NCBI GenBank assembly: GCA_000002445.1 | Contig: CH464491.1 | Location: forward strand, 736,001 to 800,000 | Reading direction: 5' to 3' | From: Trypanosoma brucei | Taxonomy: Eukaryota | DNA: 64,000 nt | Shown here: positions 31,679 to 44,724 of the stretch, one piece after another | Position numbering within the stretch: the stretch's first letter is position 1 | Layout: each line of letters begins with the position of its first letter | Notes under the pieces: generated by a model | Seen by the model: the letters and a program-made list of their open reading frames with translations, nothing else | What the model was told of the DNA's origin: nothing | Database searches by the model: none | Position numbers and translations under genes: made by a program

Positions 31679-34600
31679 TACGCACGCTGAAAGAAAAGAA
31701 GGAAGGGAGGGAAGGACGTATGAAGGCACAAACAAGCAACCCGAGAAACAGTAACAAACAGAGATGGCGCGAGGTTACCGTTGCGTAAAAAAGAAAACGC
31801 TGAAAACTGTGTAAAAATAAAAAGAAAAAGAAAAGAAAAAAAGAAGGGGGAAAACTACACATACATTGGACAATCATGTGACATGTGGAACCATATGCCA
31901 CTTCCATGACTCGGTAGCAACCCCGAAAAACAAAACAATATGCGGTTTGTTAATTGCTTATCAGTATTTTCATTTGTAAAAAAGAAAAAAATTAAAAAAT
32001 TATGATACTAATAAATATATTAATTATGATAATAATTATGATCATTATAAATAAGTAAGAAAACAAAACTGTTGTGATTCTGCGGTAAAAAAAAAAGACT
32101 ATTATTTTACCCTTTCCCACTCAATCACTCCATCGGCTGGAAAAGATATATATATATATATATTTTCTTCTGTTTATATAATGGAAAAATAATAATGGTA
32201 CCAAACAAAACAATATCAAAAACAAAAACAAAATGGAACGGGGAGGAAAGATAAAGTATTTTCAGGAGGTAAACCTCATTTACCTTCTATATACGGTCTC
32301 TCACTCTGCATTTTGTTTTATTTTTCTTTAGGTGGGCGAACAGAACAAAAAAGAAACAAAACGACCAAATAGAAGTAAAAAAAAAATTATAGCCACGCCC
32401 ACACTTCCTCACAACTTTGAAGAAGAACGTAGCCGTTTTCTTCTTTTTATCTATTTATTCTGCTCTTCTTTTTTTTAAAAAAAAACTAAAGAAAACTTAA
32501 ATGTTTCTTTCTTCGCTCCTCTTTTTTTTTAAATTATTATTAAACATTATTTGAGCTATTTTCTCCTCTTTTTTTTATCCCCTCTTTTCACTTCCTCCGA
32601 ACAAAACAACAAAACAAAAAAAGACGAGGAGCAATACTAAAAACAAAGCAGTGTATAAAAAAAAACAAATAAAATAGAAGTAAAATCAGGAGGAAATACA
32701 AATAATAAATAATCTAAAGTATTTTAGCGTACCGAAAGAAATAGAGGAAGAAAAAGAAACGAAAGGCGAGGGAATGAAGGAGGATTATGGAGGGGGAAAT
32801 AAATTAAAGAAAAAGCAGAAATAAGAACAAAATTCATTTCAAAAAAAAAAAAAAATGCGAGCGACAGCGAGTGATAGAAACGAATATACGAAAAAAAAAC
32901 AAGCAAATAAAATAAACAAGTAGTGGCAATAGCAGTAATAAGAAAGACAACTCGCAAAACTTCAAATGGCAAGAAGAACATATATATATATATAATATAC
33001 ATGTACACTTCCACTAGTCATCATCATTATCATCATTTCCTTTACTTACAGCTGCACATTTTTCCTAATTTCATTCAAATTATTTATTTACACCGTCACT
33101 ACTGCCTTACACTATTTTCTTTAATTATTATTTTATGCTCGTTTTTTTTTTCCTTCTCACTTCCCTTCCCCATATGACGGAGATACGCCACGCTTACAAA
33201 CGCATAATACATAAATCATCAAACATATGTACATATGCATAAATGTATACACATGACGTTCGAAATATATGTGTGTCTTATCTTTCGTACCTTTTTTTCC
33301 TTTTTCTTCTCCCCGTACGTTTAAATCTTCATCTTATTTTGATCCATTTGAACACTTTTTTTCAATTGTTTTGACAGTTACCGTATGTATATATATAATA
33401 ATCATTATTGTTTTTATCCTTCGCATCTCCGCTGCCTTTTCTGTTTCCTCCTTCCTTTGTTTTTTTTTCTGTGTTTTGCTTTCTTCCTCCTTTTTTTTTT
33501 GCCTTTTCCTTTCTTTTTTTTTTTCATCGTTTCACTTTACACATACCGCATACGAAACAACTCACCGTCAAATCTTTGATCTCGTTTACACAAAGTTCAT
33601 TTATTGGTTTCGACATATTTCGCTGTGCCATCAAAGCTCCCTCCTTCCACTATCTTTTAATTTTGTCCCCTTTTTTCTTTTTTTGGTTTCTTAAAGTTGT
33701 TGTTTTTGTTGTTTGTAACATCCACTTCCATTTGGTTGACCTTTCACCCAACTTCCTTCTCCCATCACGAAAATTTGATCTTCTCATATTTTTTTTAAAA
33801 ATACCCCACCTCACCAACCTGCCACTTTTTCCCAGATTTAATTTATTTATTTAATCATGTTATATATTTTTTTCTTTGATGTGTGTGTTATTTCCGTTAT
33901 ATAAAGCCTAGCAGTTATGCTTCCTTTAGTAAAAGCATAACACACGCACACACAATATATATATTTATATATAACATTATATTATATTAGCGGAGCACAT
34001 GAGCTGAATGCATGTGGGAAGTCACCGATAGGAAGATGCTTATACCAAGAAATAAATAAAAAACGAACAAATAAATAAAAAAAACAAAAAGAAAAGAAAA
34101 GAAAAGAAAACCCAAACGGCATGGGGAAAAGTGGTAATCAAGTTGCAGGTGGTGCGGCATGAAGAGAAAAATAAGTGCGAATGAAAAAGAAACACAACCA
34201 AAACCGCATTAAAGGAAAAGGTAAATATAACACAAAAACGAAAGAGGACCAAAAAAGAAGGAAAAGTTTCCTTTTTTTTTCTTTTTGTACGAAGAGACCA
34301 GAAGGAGAAAGGGAGTGCACACACACACACACTATATATATATATATATGTGATCGCGGGATTCCGTAGCGAAACCAAACGCGTGAAGAATTGATGGAAA
34401 AGGGGGAAAATACAAAACTAGGATGAAAGAGAGTAAAAACGTCAAGCAACGAAAATAACCGAGGCCTTCTCACAAAAAAGAAGAAACCTGAAAAAGAAAA
34501 AAAAGAAACAATGGAGGAAAAGGAGTTTAATGAAGGAAATAAAAAGGAGGAAGAAGCGCGAATCATACGACCCCACAAATAAAAAAAACAGAAAAAAAAC

Positions 34601-34710
34601 ACCCGTATGGGACAAAGCGATGACAGAAACAAGAATAAAAGTGACAAACATACATCACGTCACCGTGTACACTGCTGATTGTATATGAAAGGAGGCATCA
34701 CCCCTAAAAG

Positions 34711-36276
<1,566 letters not shown>

Positions 36277-36392
36277 TTATATGATCAAAGAAGTTCAACA
36301 CCAAGAATGAGAAGGAGAGGGGGGAAATTATACTTGCTAATACCAAGAAAGACATCCCGCTCGGCCAATGCACGAGTCGTTGAAAACGCTTT

Positions 36393-36432
36393 TAACCCAG
36401 TAGAATAATAAGAAAAAAAAACGAAAGATAAC
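36393..36432 (-). promoter_or_regulatory. polypyrimidine tract (minus strand) and putative SL trans-splice acceptor region upstream of ASCT
   Basis: The plus strand is purine-rich (agaataataagaaaaaaaaacgaaagataactc), so the minus strand is polyY, followed by AG dinucleotides about 190 nt upstream of the ATG. This is standard trypanosomatid trans-splicing architecture. Confidence 0.35.
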
Positions 36433-37408
36433 TCACTTAATTTTCTTACATTGGACTCCACGTATATTAACGAATATGTGGAAAGTGTTATTAATGACAC
36501 AAGCTGTCAGAAAGTTAAACCGCCACATTCCTATTTTCCTTCGTTGGGCATACGCGTGAGCTTCGCTTCCCAAAACGCTTCGATAAAAAAAGAAGAAAAA
36601 AAAAAGTAGCCCAACAGCAATTAAACACCTCGACATGATAGTTGAGGTAAGATGTGTCACAAATCCCAGTTCCCTTCATTATCCATATTCCGCAACATGA
36701 AGTGGTCTAAGCGTTAATGTCACCTTATATAAACTTGCACACACGCATATGAGTATGAAATAAGGTGAAACCGCCAACCGCTCAGAAGGGGGGGGGAAAA
36801 AAACTATATATCATGCGTTAAGGGGGTGCGAGTGAGTGAGTGAGTAAAAAAAAAAATGTGATCTAGTGTCTAAGAGATAACGGTAACATAAAGTCTCGTG
36901 CCGCCAGAACCGGCATCTAACGCAAGTAAAGCCATTTCTTTCGTCATATGTAACTTACGTATCTCATATTTCGGCCCGCTTGGATTTTCTTCCGTAGGTT
37001 CTTATTTGTTCTTTCTATTGTTGAACCAAACTTTACAGGCCCGCATTGTTCATTTAGGTGGAAATCGCCGCGACTGTCCTGGCGCTCTCGGTCGCAGCAT
37101 GGCGACCATGTGCGCAATATTCGCCGACGTTCCGTCATGCAAGTTTCAGAGTATAGGCGGTAGTGAACAAGCGAAAAAAAAAAAGAACAGTGCTGTTAGT
37201 GTGAACAGAAAACAAATAAAAATGAAAAGTAATAAAGCGACACGCTGAATAAGTCGCACACAAACATGCATTTACGCATACCATCTACTATATGTGCATA
37301 TTTGTGTGGTCATGTTGTGAAGGGTGAAAATATATCTAGCCCAGAAGTACGTAGCTCCAGAGTCACTTGGAGGTGCCTGTGTGTGTATGTATGTAGAATA
37401 CGGAATAA

Positions 37409-39298
37409 TTACTGTTGAATTATTGCAACACGGCATAGTGGGGTGCCAAACGAATCACGCTCGTGCAACACCAACCGCCTTTGTGGTGGCTCCGGCTGCC
37501 AATGGGGGCTCGCAACTGCCTGCTCGGGTTGTGGAGAAGTCATCAATGAGGGCAGCACCGCTGATGTTGTCGTGATTGTCTTTCCAGGTGTTGCATGGGG
37601 TTGCACCGCTGGGCTGGTGTCATTACGACCGCAGCGGTGAGTCTCATTGCGTGTGCAGAATGTTTCCCGCTCCACCGTTCCACATGGGGTTGAACCGTGG
37701 GCAGAAGGTGATGATGTGAGTCCACATGATGCGAGTGAACTCTGAGTGGAGTCCCACATATCCGTTAGTTTGTTCACAACAGCAGTCTCAAAACGGTCGA
37801 TGGCTTGCATGATAGAATGGGTGTTGGCTGCCGCTTGCTCCATATTATTCTCCAAGAGACGGCAAAAATTGTTCATAACCCGAGCAAGTTCCTCAAGAAG
37901 TGCAGTCGCAACCAATGATTCGGACCGCACTTCCGCGCGACGTGATGCAAGAGGCAACCGAAGTTTTTCACGTTGCTCGTTTGAGCGCGGTGCCCACCCA
38001 TTCTCAGGCACCCCGTGTATCGGCAAGGCAATGACTCCACAAGGTTCATTACTATTTAAGCAGGTCTTGTTGCTTGAGTCCACCACTGTATCCACTGAGC
38101 CGGCTACTCCAGAACAATTGTCGTCTCTGTGCCAGTCGTCTGGCCGCAGTCTCTCCACCTGTGCCTCAATCTTCAAAGCAACTGAACGCATGGACTGAAT
38201 AAACGGCTCGTTCAACGTGATGCCTCTGTGTACGCGCTGTCTGATATCACTCGCAGTTGTGCGAATGAAATCGCATACACCCTGCCGCGCATCCTCCAGA
38301 GAGTCAGCAGCACGGTTCAGCGATGACAAACTAGTAACCCTTGCTTCTGCTCTCACTACATCATCCTTGAGAGCTGCCACCTCTAGTTGTGACAGTCGTA
38401 ATTCCTGAAGAGTCCGCACGTGCTCTTGGCTCAGGCTCACTAACTTTTCGCGTAATCCCTCTAAGTTTTCTGTGGGGTCTTGAATTTGCCTCACACGATA
38501 CTTCAACATCGCAGATACTTCTCTATCACAACTCTCCACACGACGCTCGGCATTGCGGAGAGCAAGAAGTACAGTGGCATGCCTCGCCTCTATTTCCTCA
38601 ACGCACACGCATAGCACATCCTTCAGAGCCCGTTTTGTTAATTCATGTTTTCTAGCTTTCTCACGACGTCTCAACTCCAGGGCATTAGCCAGTCTCATCT
38701 GCAACGCAGAAGCCGTTAAGAGAGTGGCGTTCGACAAGTTAACGAAAGGTGCAGCCGCACCACCGCTCATCTTTTGTTCGTCGCTACTAATTGATTCCGT
38801 CTCCCCGCTGGCTCCGCTGCAATTAATTCCACGAATGCAGCCTTCCCCGTCGGCATTGCTGATTGTACCTCCAGCTGTGGCTGCACCGACGGATCTTAAG
38901 GCTTCGTGAAGCCCTTTTAACAGGTCTTCTTTTGTTATTAGTGGTGAGTCATCTTTAGTGCTAGTGGTGGATGTTTCCTCTCTGTCAGTGCGCAGTAGTT
39001 CAAGCAACCGCTCGAAGTACAAGTGGTACAACACATGGCCTTCCTCCGCTACAATTAAGCGCTGTCGCAAGACTTCCTCACGTTGCACAGAATTAGCAAG
39101 CCGACAACGTTCCACACGTAAAAGTTCCCGAAGTTCATCCGCCTCTTCCACAGCAAAGCGACCAAATATGGAGGAGGATACGCCCCTCTGAATTGGGGGA
39201 ACGCCACCGTGCGTATGATACGGCAACGTCTCAATTCCTCTAACGCCTACATCATTACATCCATCCGCCGCTGCCGTCGTCCCAACGTTGCATGTCAT
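37409..39298 (-). CDS. hypothetical coiled-coil protein
   Basis: Long ORF. The track start at 39451 is GTG and the first ATG is at 39298 (MTCNVGTT). The central region is heptad-rich and E/R/L/A-rich. Confidence 0.45.
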   Translation of the reverse strand: MTCNVGTTAAADGCNDVGVRGIETLPYHTHGGVPPIQRGVSSSIFGRFAVEEADELRELLRVERCRLANSVQREEVLRQRLIVAEEGHVLYHLYFERLLELLRTDREETSTTSTKDDSPLITKEDLLKGLHEALRSVGAATAGGTISNADGEGCIRGINCSGASGETESISSDEQKMSGGAAAPFVNLSNATLLTASALQMRLANALELRRREKARKHELTKRALKDVLCVCVEEIEARHATVLLALRNAERRVESCDREVSAMLKYRVRQIQDPTENLEGLREKLVSLSQEHVRTLQELRLSQLEVAALKDDVVRAEARVTSLSSLNRAADSLEDARQGVCDFIRTTASDIRQRVHRGITLNEPFIQSMRSVALKIEAQVERLRPDDWHRDDNCSGVAGSVDTVVDSSNKTCLNSNEPCGVIALPIHGVPENGWAPRSNEQREKLRLPLASRRAEVRSESLVATALLEELARVMNNFCRLLENNMEQAAANTHSIMQAIDRFETAVVNKLTDMWDSTQSSLASCGLTSSPSAHGSTPCGTVERETFCTRNETHRCGRNDTSPAVQPHATPGKTITTTSAVLPSLMTSPQPEQAVASPHWQPEPPQRRLVLHERDSFGTPLCRVAIIQQ

Positions 39299-40657
39299 TT
39301 CTGCGAAACCGGCAACAACTGTAGAGGAGCAACTGATGACTGCTTCAGCAGCAGGACAAAAACTAGAAGACACACACAAGTATAAATGAAAGAAACTGAG
39401 TACCGTTAAACGGAACGACGTTGCCGGTAACTCCACAATGATTTCTTCCACTCTGTCCTCTAAGGACTCCAGAACAGTCTTTGTTGTTTTGTTTTGTTTT
39501 GCTCACGCTTCGTTTGATGCAGTACACGCGTGAGGTGTTCTCACCACAACTTTGTTTGTCTATTTATTCCCGAGTCGTCCTTTTCACTTTGCCTTCCCAC
39601 GTCGCAAAACTGTTAACACTGTTGCTGTGAGTTGCCAGAGGCACTACAATGGACGACCAGCGCCCACTGAATTTGAAGGTCAAAGCCCGGTGCTGTCAGG
39701 CAACCCCTCAAACAATAATAATAATTATTAGCAATTCACAAGAGGAGACGCAGGAAAATTTTAAGAGAGGCAACGAAAACACAAACAAAAAGCAAAAGAA
39801 CACAGGAGCGCGAAAGAACTTAAAGAAACGCACAGGAGTTTTTACAGCACAAACTTTATTAGGTACACAGGTTTCTCTCCTTTTTTCCAGCGCTCGACTG
39901 TACTCTCTCAGCCCTCTGACACGCGCTAATCAGCATGAAGTCGAAGGAATAGGTGAAGTATCAACAAAATAAAAAGAAGGGTGAAAGAAAAAATAATAAT
40001 AATAATAGGGTCAAAGGTGGTGGTCGAACAGTTGGAATGTGATGTGAAGGAAATATGTGAATCAAAGAAGGAATTAAAAGGCCGGTTGCGACCCGCCACT
40101 TAATTTCCCCAACTTTCATCCACCTCCTTTCGGACATTGTCATTCGCTGTAGAAGCGGCATACACGCGAATGCTCTTTTATTAAGTGGATCTCTATAAAA
40201 GACTAATGCCGCAGCATTTCGTCTCTAACAAACAGTTACCTCATAATCAATGCATGAGCCATCACAAAAGAGGAAGGTCAGGGGGGAAGAGAAGGAAAGA
40301 AGGAAGTGGACAATATCTCACGTCACACACAAAAAGCAAAAAAAAAAGGTGTCAATATTGTTCCGATCATTGCGTCGTTACAAACCACTTTCGTCACATT
40401 CCACTCTCCTATTCATTCGCTTCTCTTCCCCTCCACAATTTCATTTGTGTATTCATTCGTTTCGTTTTAATAATGTTACTTCATCACCTTCAATGTGGAA
40501 CTTTACTGTCTCTCTGTTCCAACAGTGTTTACCTCCACATTATACGATGAACAAAAAAAACTAAAAGTTATGTGTTGTGATCTACTCGTTACCCATTTGA
40601 ATATGAGCAAACAAATACATGTAAATGTATAAAAGTGTGTGCGTGAATCTATGTTTT

Positions 40658-42715
40658 TCAGCGCCCGCCAGCGAGGGAGTGAAGGTGCAACATCTCCGCT
40701 AAGTGTGCAGTAGATTCTCGCCCCTCCACAACAACTGCGTCCCGTCTAACGAAATCCCGGAGCGGGGGTACAAGAAATTCTTCTGTGTCAGTTACGCAGT
40801 CATTCCAACGAACAACGGGAATAAGTGGCGTAAGTCCAGCCGTGATGGGACCCTCGTGAGCGAACACCACAATAAAGGAATGTTCTGCTTGTTGTTGTTG
40901 CTGCTGATGTTGCTGCTGCTGTTGTTGTTGCTCTGGAGCAGCAGTAAACCGAGGAATGTAACATGACAGGAGTACAGGCCGCACATCACGTGTGTACTTC
41001 CCAAGCCCGCGCTCAACAGTCAAGGTGTAGAGCAGTCTCTCAACTAATACACCGAGACGAAATGGACAACCGAAAGTCTCCAATGCGGTTGATGTGTTCG
41101 TCGGGTCGGCAGGTTGTGTATAATGAATCCCTTTGGTGCTTTGCATCATTCCGGGTTGCATTAGTGCACTTGTAGCCGTTGCCACCGACTCATGTAGAGC
41201 CTGAGCCTCTTTTACAGCTGCTCCAAATGCTGGAGAATTGGGGTCAGCGTCTATTATGTCGTGGGCGCGCCAGAATTGTTCACGGCGGAACTCCCTCAAC
41301 TTTTCCTTCATGGTAGTTTCATCCTTCGACGTGGTGTATATGGTGCTTGGTGGCGCGGCCGATAGCAATGCTGTGAACAGTGTGCAGATATCAAACGTAG
41401 ATACTTCAACACTGTAACCTGTTGTGCGCGCCACGCATTGAATTTGTATCGGGTTTTTAATAAAACTACCCCGCGTGCGCAGCAGTTGCTTGAGTTCGTT
41501 ACGTACTAGTTGGCATGAGTCTTTTTTCACATCGTCTGGAAGCTCCCGCCATGGTTGTTGGGCAACCTTGGCTGACACACCGCAGCGAGCCAACAGCTGG
41601 CGGAGGGTTCCCAAACCCTCTTCCACGCGATGCAGGGAAAGTAGACCAGCAACAACGGGATGGAGCCACATGGCGTTCCACAATGAAAGGTGTCGCAGTA
41701 AGAAAAGTTGATCTTCTTCTAAACTAGAGAGCTGCATAGTGTTGCTAGATGAGACCTGTTTGTGGTACCGGTTGACTGTATCATTGGTTAGGTCGTCAAG
41801 AAGCCCGTGACGGATGCCTTTGCGCAGCTTCACTTCATTGTGGATTCGACGCATGTCTGTAATATACGTGCCATAATCCACCAGACGACGCTTAAATAAG
41901 TCACATACACCCAATGCAGCATGCCACAACACAGGTTCCTTAACACGATTCAACAGTATCGCCAAGTCGTACATCTCTAGCGCACAGCTCTTCCCAGCAC
42001 ACTCCGCAGCATAATACAGTCGTTCCAAATGTGCGGGAACATCTTCTCTCAACCAGTCGAGCCGCTCCTGACTTTGCGAGGGAGTCATCTCATCATCATC
42101 ACCATACTCGTCGTCATTCTCATCATCGTCGTCGTCGTCGCTACTGCTTGCCTCATCGCTAACTTCATCTTCCTCAACATCCCCTTCAGCATGCTGACGG
42201 ACTCTTCTACGGTGCATTTGGCGTCTACGGCGGCGTCGGCGACGTGCCTTCTCTTGCTCACGCTGAGTACGAAAGAAATCATCTACTTCCTCGTGAATTT
42301 TTTCTTGTCCCCATATCACCAATCGATCGCTGTCGCATGCACGTAAATTTTCCAATAGAAACGGTCGATATGAATCAAGAACCAAAACAATGTGCCGCTG
42401 CAAGTCGAAGAAAGAGAATAACGCCACTGAAGCACCAAGTCCAATGAGAAGAAATAATTCATCTACGGGTGCTGCATCGCCAACCTGCAGCTCTGCATCC
42501 TGAGCGAGGCTCGTGCGCTGAATAATATCCCGAGCCTCGGCATACTCGGCGATAGGATGGAGGTTGAAGGGAATGAAGCACGCCTTTAGCAGGGACGTGA
42601 GGGTGAGGGAGGCGGCAGCCGCATCAGCGTGATACGCGACGAAGAGATGGATAGGTTTACGGGTGATGTGGTAAAAACGATTGATACGATCCCACGGTGA
42701 AAGTGTATCAGCCAT
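40658..42715 (-). CDS. CDC45: cell division control protein 45 (CDC45) homolog
   Basis: The N-terminal block IHLFVAYHADAAAASLTLTSLLKACFIPFNLHPIAEYAE parallels the CDC45 DHH-like N-domain ([35 protein letters not shown]). It is followed by the acidic insert, an Arg-rich stretch (RRRRRRRQMHRRR) and the CDC45-like middle region, as in eukaryotic CDC45. The first ATG is at 42715 and the track start is GTG. Confidence 0.65.
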   Translation of the reverse strand: MADTLSPWDRINRFYHITRKPIHLFVAYHADAAAASLTLTSLLKACFIPFNLHPIAEYAEARDIIQRTSLAQDAELQVGDAAPVDELFLLIGLGASVALFSFFDLQRHIVLVLDSYRPFLLENLRACDSDRLVIWGQEKIHEEVDDFFRTQREQEKARRRRRRRRQMHRRRVRQHAEGDVEEDEVSDEASSSDDDDDDENDDEYGDDDEMTPSQSQERLDWLREDVPAHLERLYYAAECAGKSCALEMYDLAILLNRVKEPVLWHAALGVCDLFKRRLVDYGTYITDMRRIHNEVKLRKGIRHGLLDDLTNDTVNRYHKQVSSSNTMQLSSLEEDQLFLLRHLSLWNAMWLHPVVAGLLSLHRVEEGLGTLRQLLARCGVSAKVAQQPWRELPDDVKKDSCQLVRNELKQLLRTRGSFIKNPIQIQCVARTTGYSVEVSTFDICTLFTALLSAAPPSTIYTTSKDETTMKEKLREFRREQFWRAHDIIDADPNSPAFGAAVKEAQALHESVATATSALMQPGMMQSTKGIHYTQPADPTNTSTALETFGCPFRLGVLVERLLYTLTVERGLGKYTRDVRPVLLSCYIPRFTAAPEQQQQQQQHQQQQQQAEHSFIVVFAHEGPITAGLTPLIPVVRWNDCVTDTEEFLVPPLRDFVRRDAVVVEGRESTAHLAEMLHLHSLAGGR
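40889..40932. repeat. (CAG/CAA)n-type trinucleotide repeat in CDC45, encoding polyQ (QQQQQQQHQQQQQQ)
   Basis: Plus strand tgttgttgttgctgctgatgttgctgctgctgttgttgttg. Confidence 0.85.
42088..42141. repeat. (GAC/GAT/GAG)n repeat in CDC45, encoding a poly-acidic tract
   Basis: Plus strand tcatcatcatc...cgtcgtcgtcgtcgc, translating on the minus strand to SSSDDDDDDENDDEYGDDDE. Confidence 0.85.
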
Positions 42716-43213
42716 CAACCGCACGTGCGTCTGGGTACTGTAAATAAGTACAGTCTAATTAACTATATATAAATATATATACCTTGAGGGTGGGGAGAAA
42801 GGGTGTATGTCACACCTTACTTCTACCCTCTTTTGAAATTGTGTATATATTTTTTGCTTCTATGCTCTCTAATGATAAGGTTTACACGACTTTCAGCTCC
42901 ACCTTACTTATACCTATTGTCAAGGGACACTGTGAAACACTCGATAACAGTAAAAGTGAATAAAATAGTCCGAGAAGACACAGTAGCAAGGAATGATGGC
43001 AGAAAAAAAAAGTTTTAGTAATCACTTATACTCCGCGTCCGCATACGCTAAATTGTGGTTGCTAAGAATGTTGGTGAAGAAGAAAGGGACTTCTCCATCC
43101 TTACACGTAAAGTCACCTTAGCACGTAATCACGAGGTCAACAAAAGCTAACCGCACCTCTTCCTCTCATGCAAATGTAACTGCCTCGATTAGACACGCTA
43201 ACCACCCCTCACT

Positions 43214-44500
43214 TCAACGGCAGTAGAGGTACCCCTGACATATTGTTTCCTGTACGAGCATAGGTGTCACCATTAGAACAACTTCGTCAAGTTTGGCCCG
43301 ACCCGAATCAAGAATCCCCCTCATAATGGGGTCGTCAAAAATGGAAGTATTGATTTCATGGGAGTCAATTCCCCTCCTTTGTTGCTCCTTCAGAACCGCG
43401 AGCACAATCTCGTGTCGTCGAAGATGCCACCGGCGCATCACCTGAAACATCGTAGCAGGTACAGTGTTCTTTAATAAGTAATCCCCATCTATACGTGCCA
43501 TACGAAAGGCTTCCTGCATAGAGGGATCTTCCATAACCAATGAATCACATGCAAGAGATCCGGATGAAAGAACGCATTGTGCCGCTTCCATCCTCCTTAT
43601 CCACAAAATGACCTCTTCCGTGTCCCAGTGTAATGGGTCCTCACGTGGCAGCTCGGAATCGCCGTGTGGTTCGCCCAACTGGCAGAATACGACCTGTGCG
43701 AGTGGCTCAGGAGGGTGCAATGTCCCGCGACGCTGGGGAACGTGCCCTTCATTTACAGTGTTGGCCGGAACGCCTCCCATTTGCTGCTGCTGCTGTTGAT
43801 CAGAGGAGTATATGTTAACCCCGGTGTCGTTTTCTTGTTCGCATCCACTCCTACGCATGAACTGCGGAAGTGGCACATTGTCTGCATCTTCATCAGCATC
43901 ATCATTGTCCTCAGCCTCTTCCCCGTCTGCCACTATTTCCGGATCTTCACTTTGGAGACCACAGGCGTTGTCGCAGTCATCTACCTCACTCAAACCTAGC
44001 TCCTTGGCTACATATTCATCGTAGCTGGAATAATTTCTCTCAAGCACCTTCCTTCGCTCCCGCAGCTCCCGCATATGAAGTTCCTCCGCGCCGAGGGGAT
44101 GTTGTGACGCCATTCCACAATCCTCAGAGCCGGAAGAGGCAGATGATCCGCTTTCATTCATTTTCTTTACGGACAGGCGACCAATCGTCGTAAAGCGAGA
44201 CCACTCGGGGCCAAAATGAGCCATTCGCACTTCCTCACTGGCTGCAGCGTTAGCGAACGCATCCACATTTATATTACTCCACGCTCCATAGAAACCATCA
44301 ACAGGATCATCAGATGCTGATTTCTCACCAAAGGGATCATCAGGTGATAAAGAACGGTGCTTCACAGCGCGTTGACTATGGCAAAGTGCGCAATCCCGTG
44401 AAGCAACGCTTTGGATATTATAAACGCCATTGCCCCTGTTGAGAGCCGTAAAATTGCGGTCACAACGGAACAGTCGCAAAGTCGCCCACATTCCCCTCAT
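43214..44500 (-). CDS. hypothetical protein with polyQ, an acidic tract and a possible C-terminal SAM-like fold
   Basis: ATG verified (cat 44498-44500). Contains QQQQQQ encoded by ttgctgctgctgctgttg at 43781-43798 and an acidic block EEAEDNDDADEDAD. The C-terminal ~70 aa (WDTEEVILWIRRM...IDGDYLL...) loosely fit a SAM-domain pattern, which is a weak call. Confidence 0.45.
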   Translation of the reverse strand: MRGMWATLRLFRCDRNFTALNRGNGVYNIQSVASRDCALCHSQRAVKHRSLSPDDPFGEKSASDDPVDGFYGAWSNINVDAFANAAASEEVRMAHFGPEWSRFTTIGRLSVKKMNESGSSASSGSEDCGMASQHPLGAEELHMRELRERRKVLERNYSSYDEYVAKELGLSEVDDCDNACGLQSEDPEIVADGEEAEDNDDADEDADNVPLPQFMRRSGCEQENDTGVNIYSSDQQQQQQMGGVPANTVNEGHVPQRRGTLHPPEPLAQVVFCQLGEPHGDSELPREDPLHWDTEEVILWIRRMEAAQCVLSSGSLACDSLVMEDPSMQEAFRMARIDGDYLLKNTVPATMFQVMRRWHLRRHEIVLAVLKEQQRRGIDSHEINTSIFDDPIMRGILDSGRAKLDEVVLMVTPMLVQETICQGYLYCR

Positions 44501-44697
44501 TAGTACCAGCTGAGTTTTTTCTTTTTTTTTTAAACCCCTTCTCTCTACTCACTGGCCCGGTGTTAGCCCTATACTCTTAATCGCCTTCACAAACACATGA
44601 ACGCGTCTCCTCTCAACGGTATATGGAGGTATTTTGTGTGGTGAGAAAAGGCTGTGCGTTGCAGACGAATTGCAAATAGTTTGAGTGGTTTGACAGC

Positions 44698-44724
44698 GCA
44701 CACACACACACACACACACACACA
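44698..44724. repeat. (CA)13 microsatellite, intergenic
   Basis: Direct reading: gcacacacacacacacacacacacacacatt. Confidence 0.9.

Noticed and set aside
29391-31907. Track ORF extension 31492..31907 (139 codons: FFLFFFFLFL..., VRMCVCVCVFGGGGG..., FSFSFSLSFVLSLYLFF)
   Set aside because: This is translated polypyrimidine tract, (GT)n and G-run, i.e. splice-acceptor and UTR sequence. A polyY tract plus AG immediately precedes the ATG at 31491.
33000-33045. C-box-like aatgatgataatgatgatga on the minus strand, as a possible C/D snoRNA
   Set aside because: No D box (CUGA) or terminal stem was found at an appropriate distance downstream. The sequence is part of a simple (ATGATG/ATAATG) low-complexity run.
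33838-33858. atttatttatttaa, a canonical AUUUA-nonamer ARE-like element
   Set aside because: It is on the plus strand. Transcripts here are minus-strand, where it reads UAAAUAAAUAAAU, so it is not an ARE in the mRNA.
32724-34651. Several 60-170-aa minus-strand ORFs (32724..33014, 34040..34378, 34138..34647, 34442..34651) in the AT-rich spacer
   Set aside because: They are F/L/K/S homopolymer-like translations of poly(T)/poly(A)-rich DNA. They overlap each other in different frames and have no start context.
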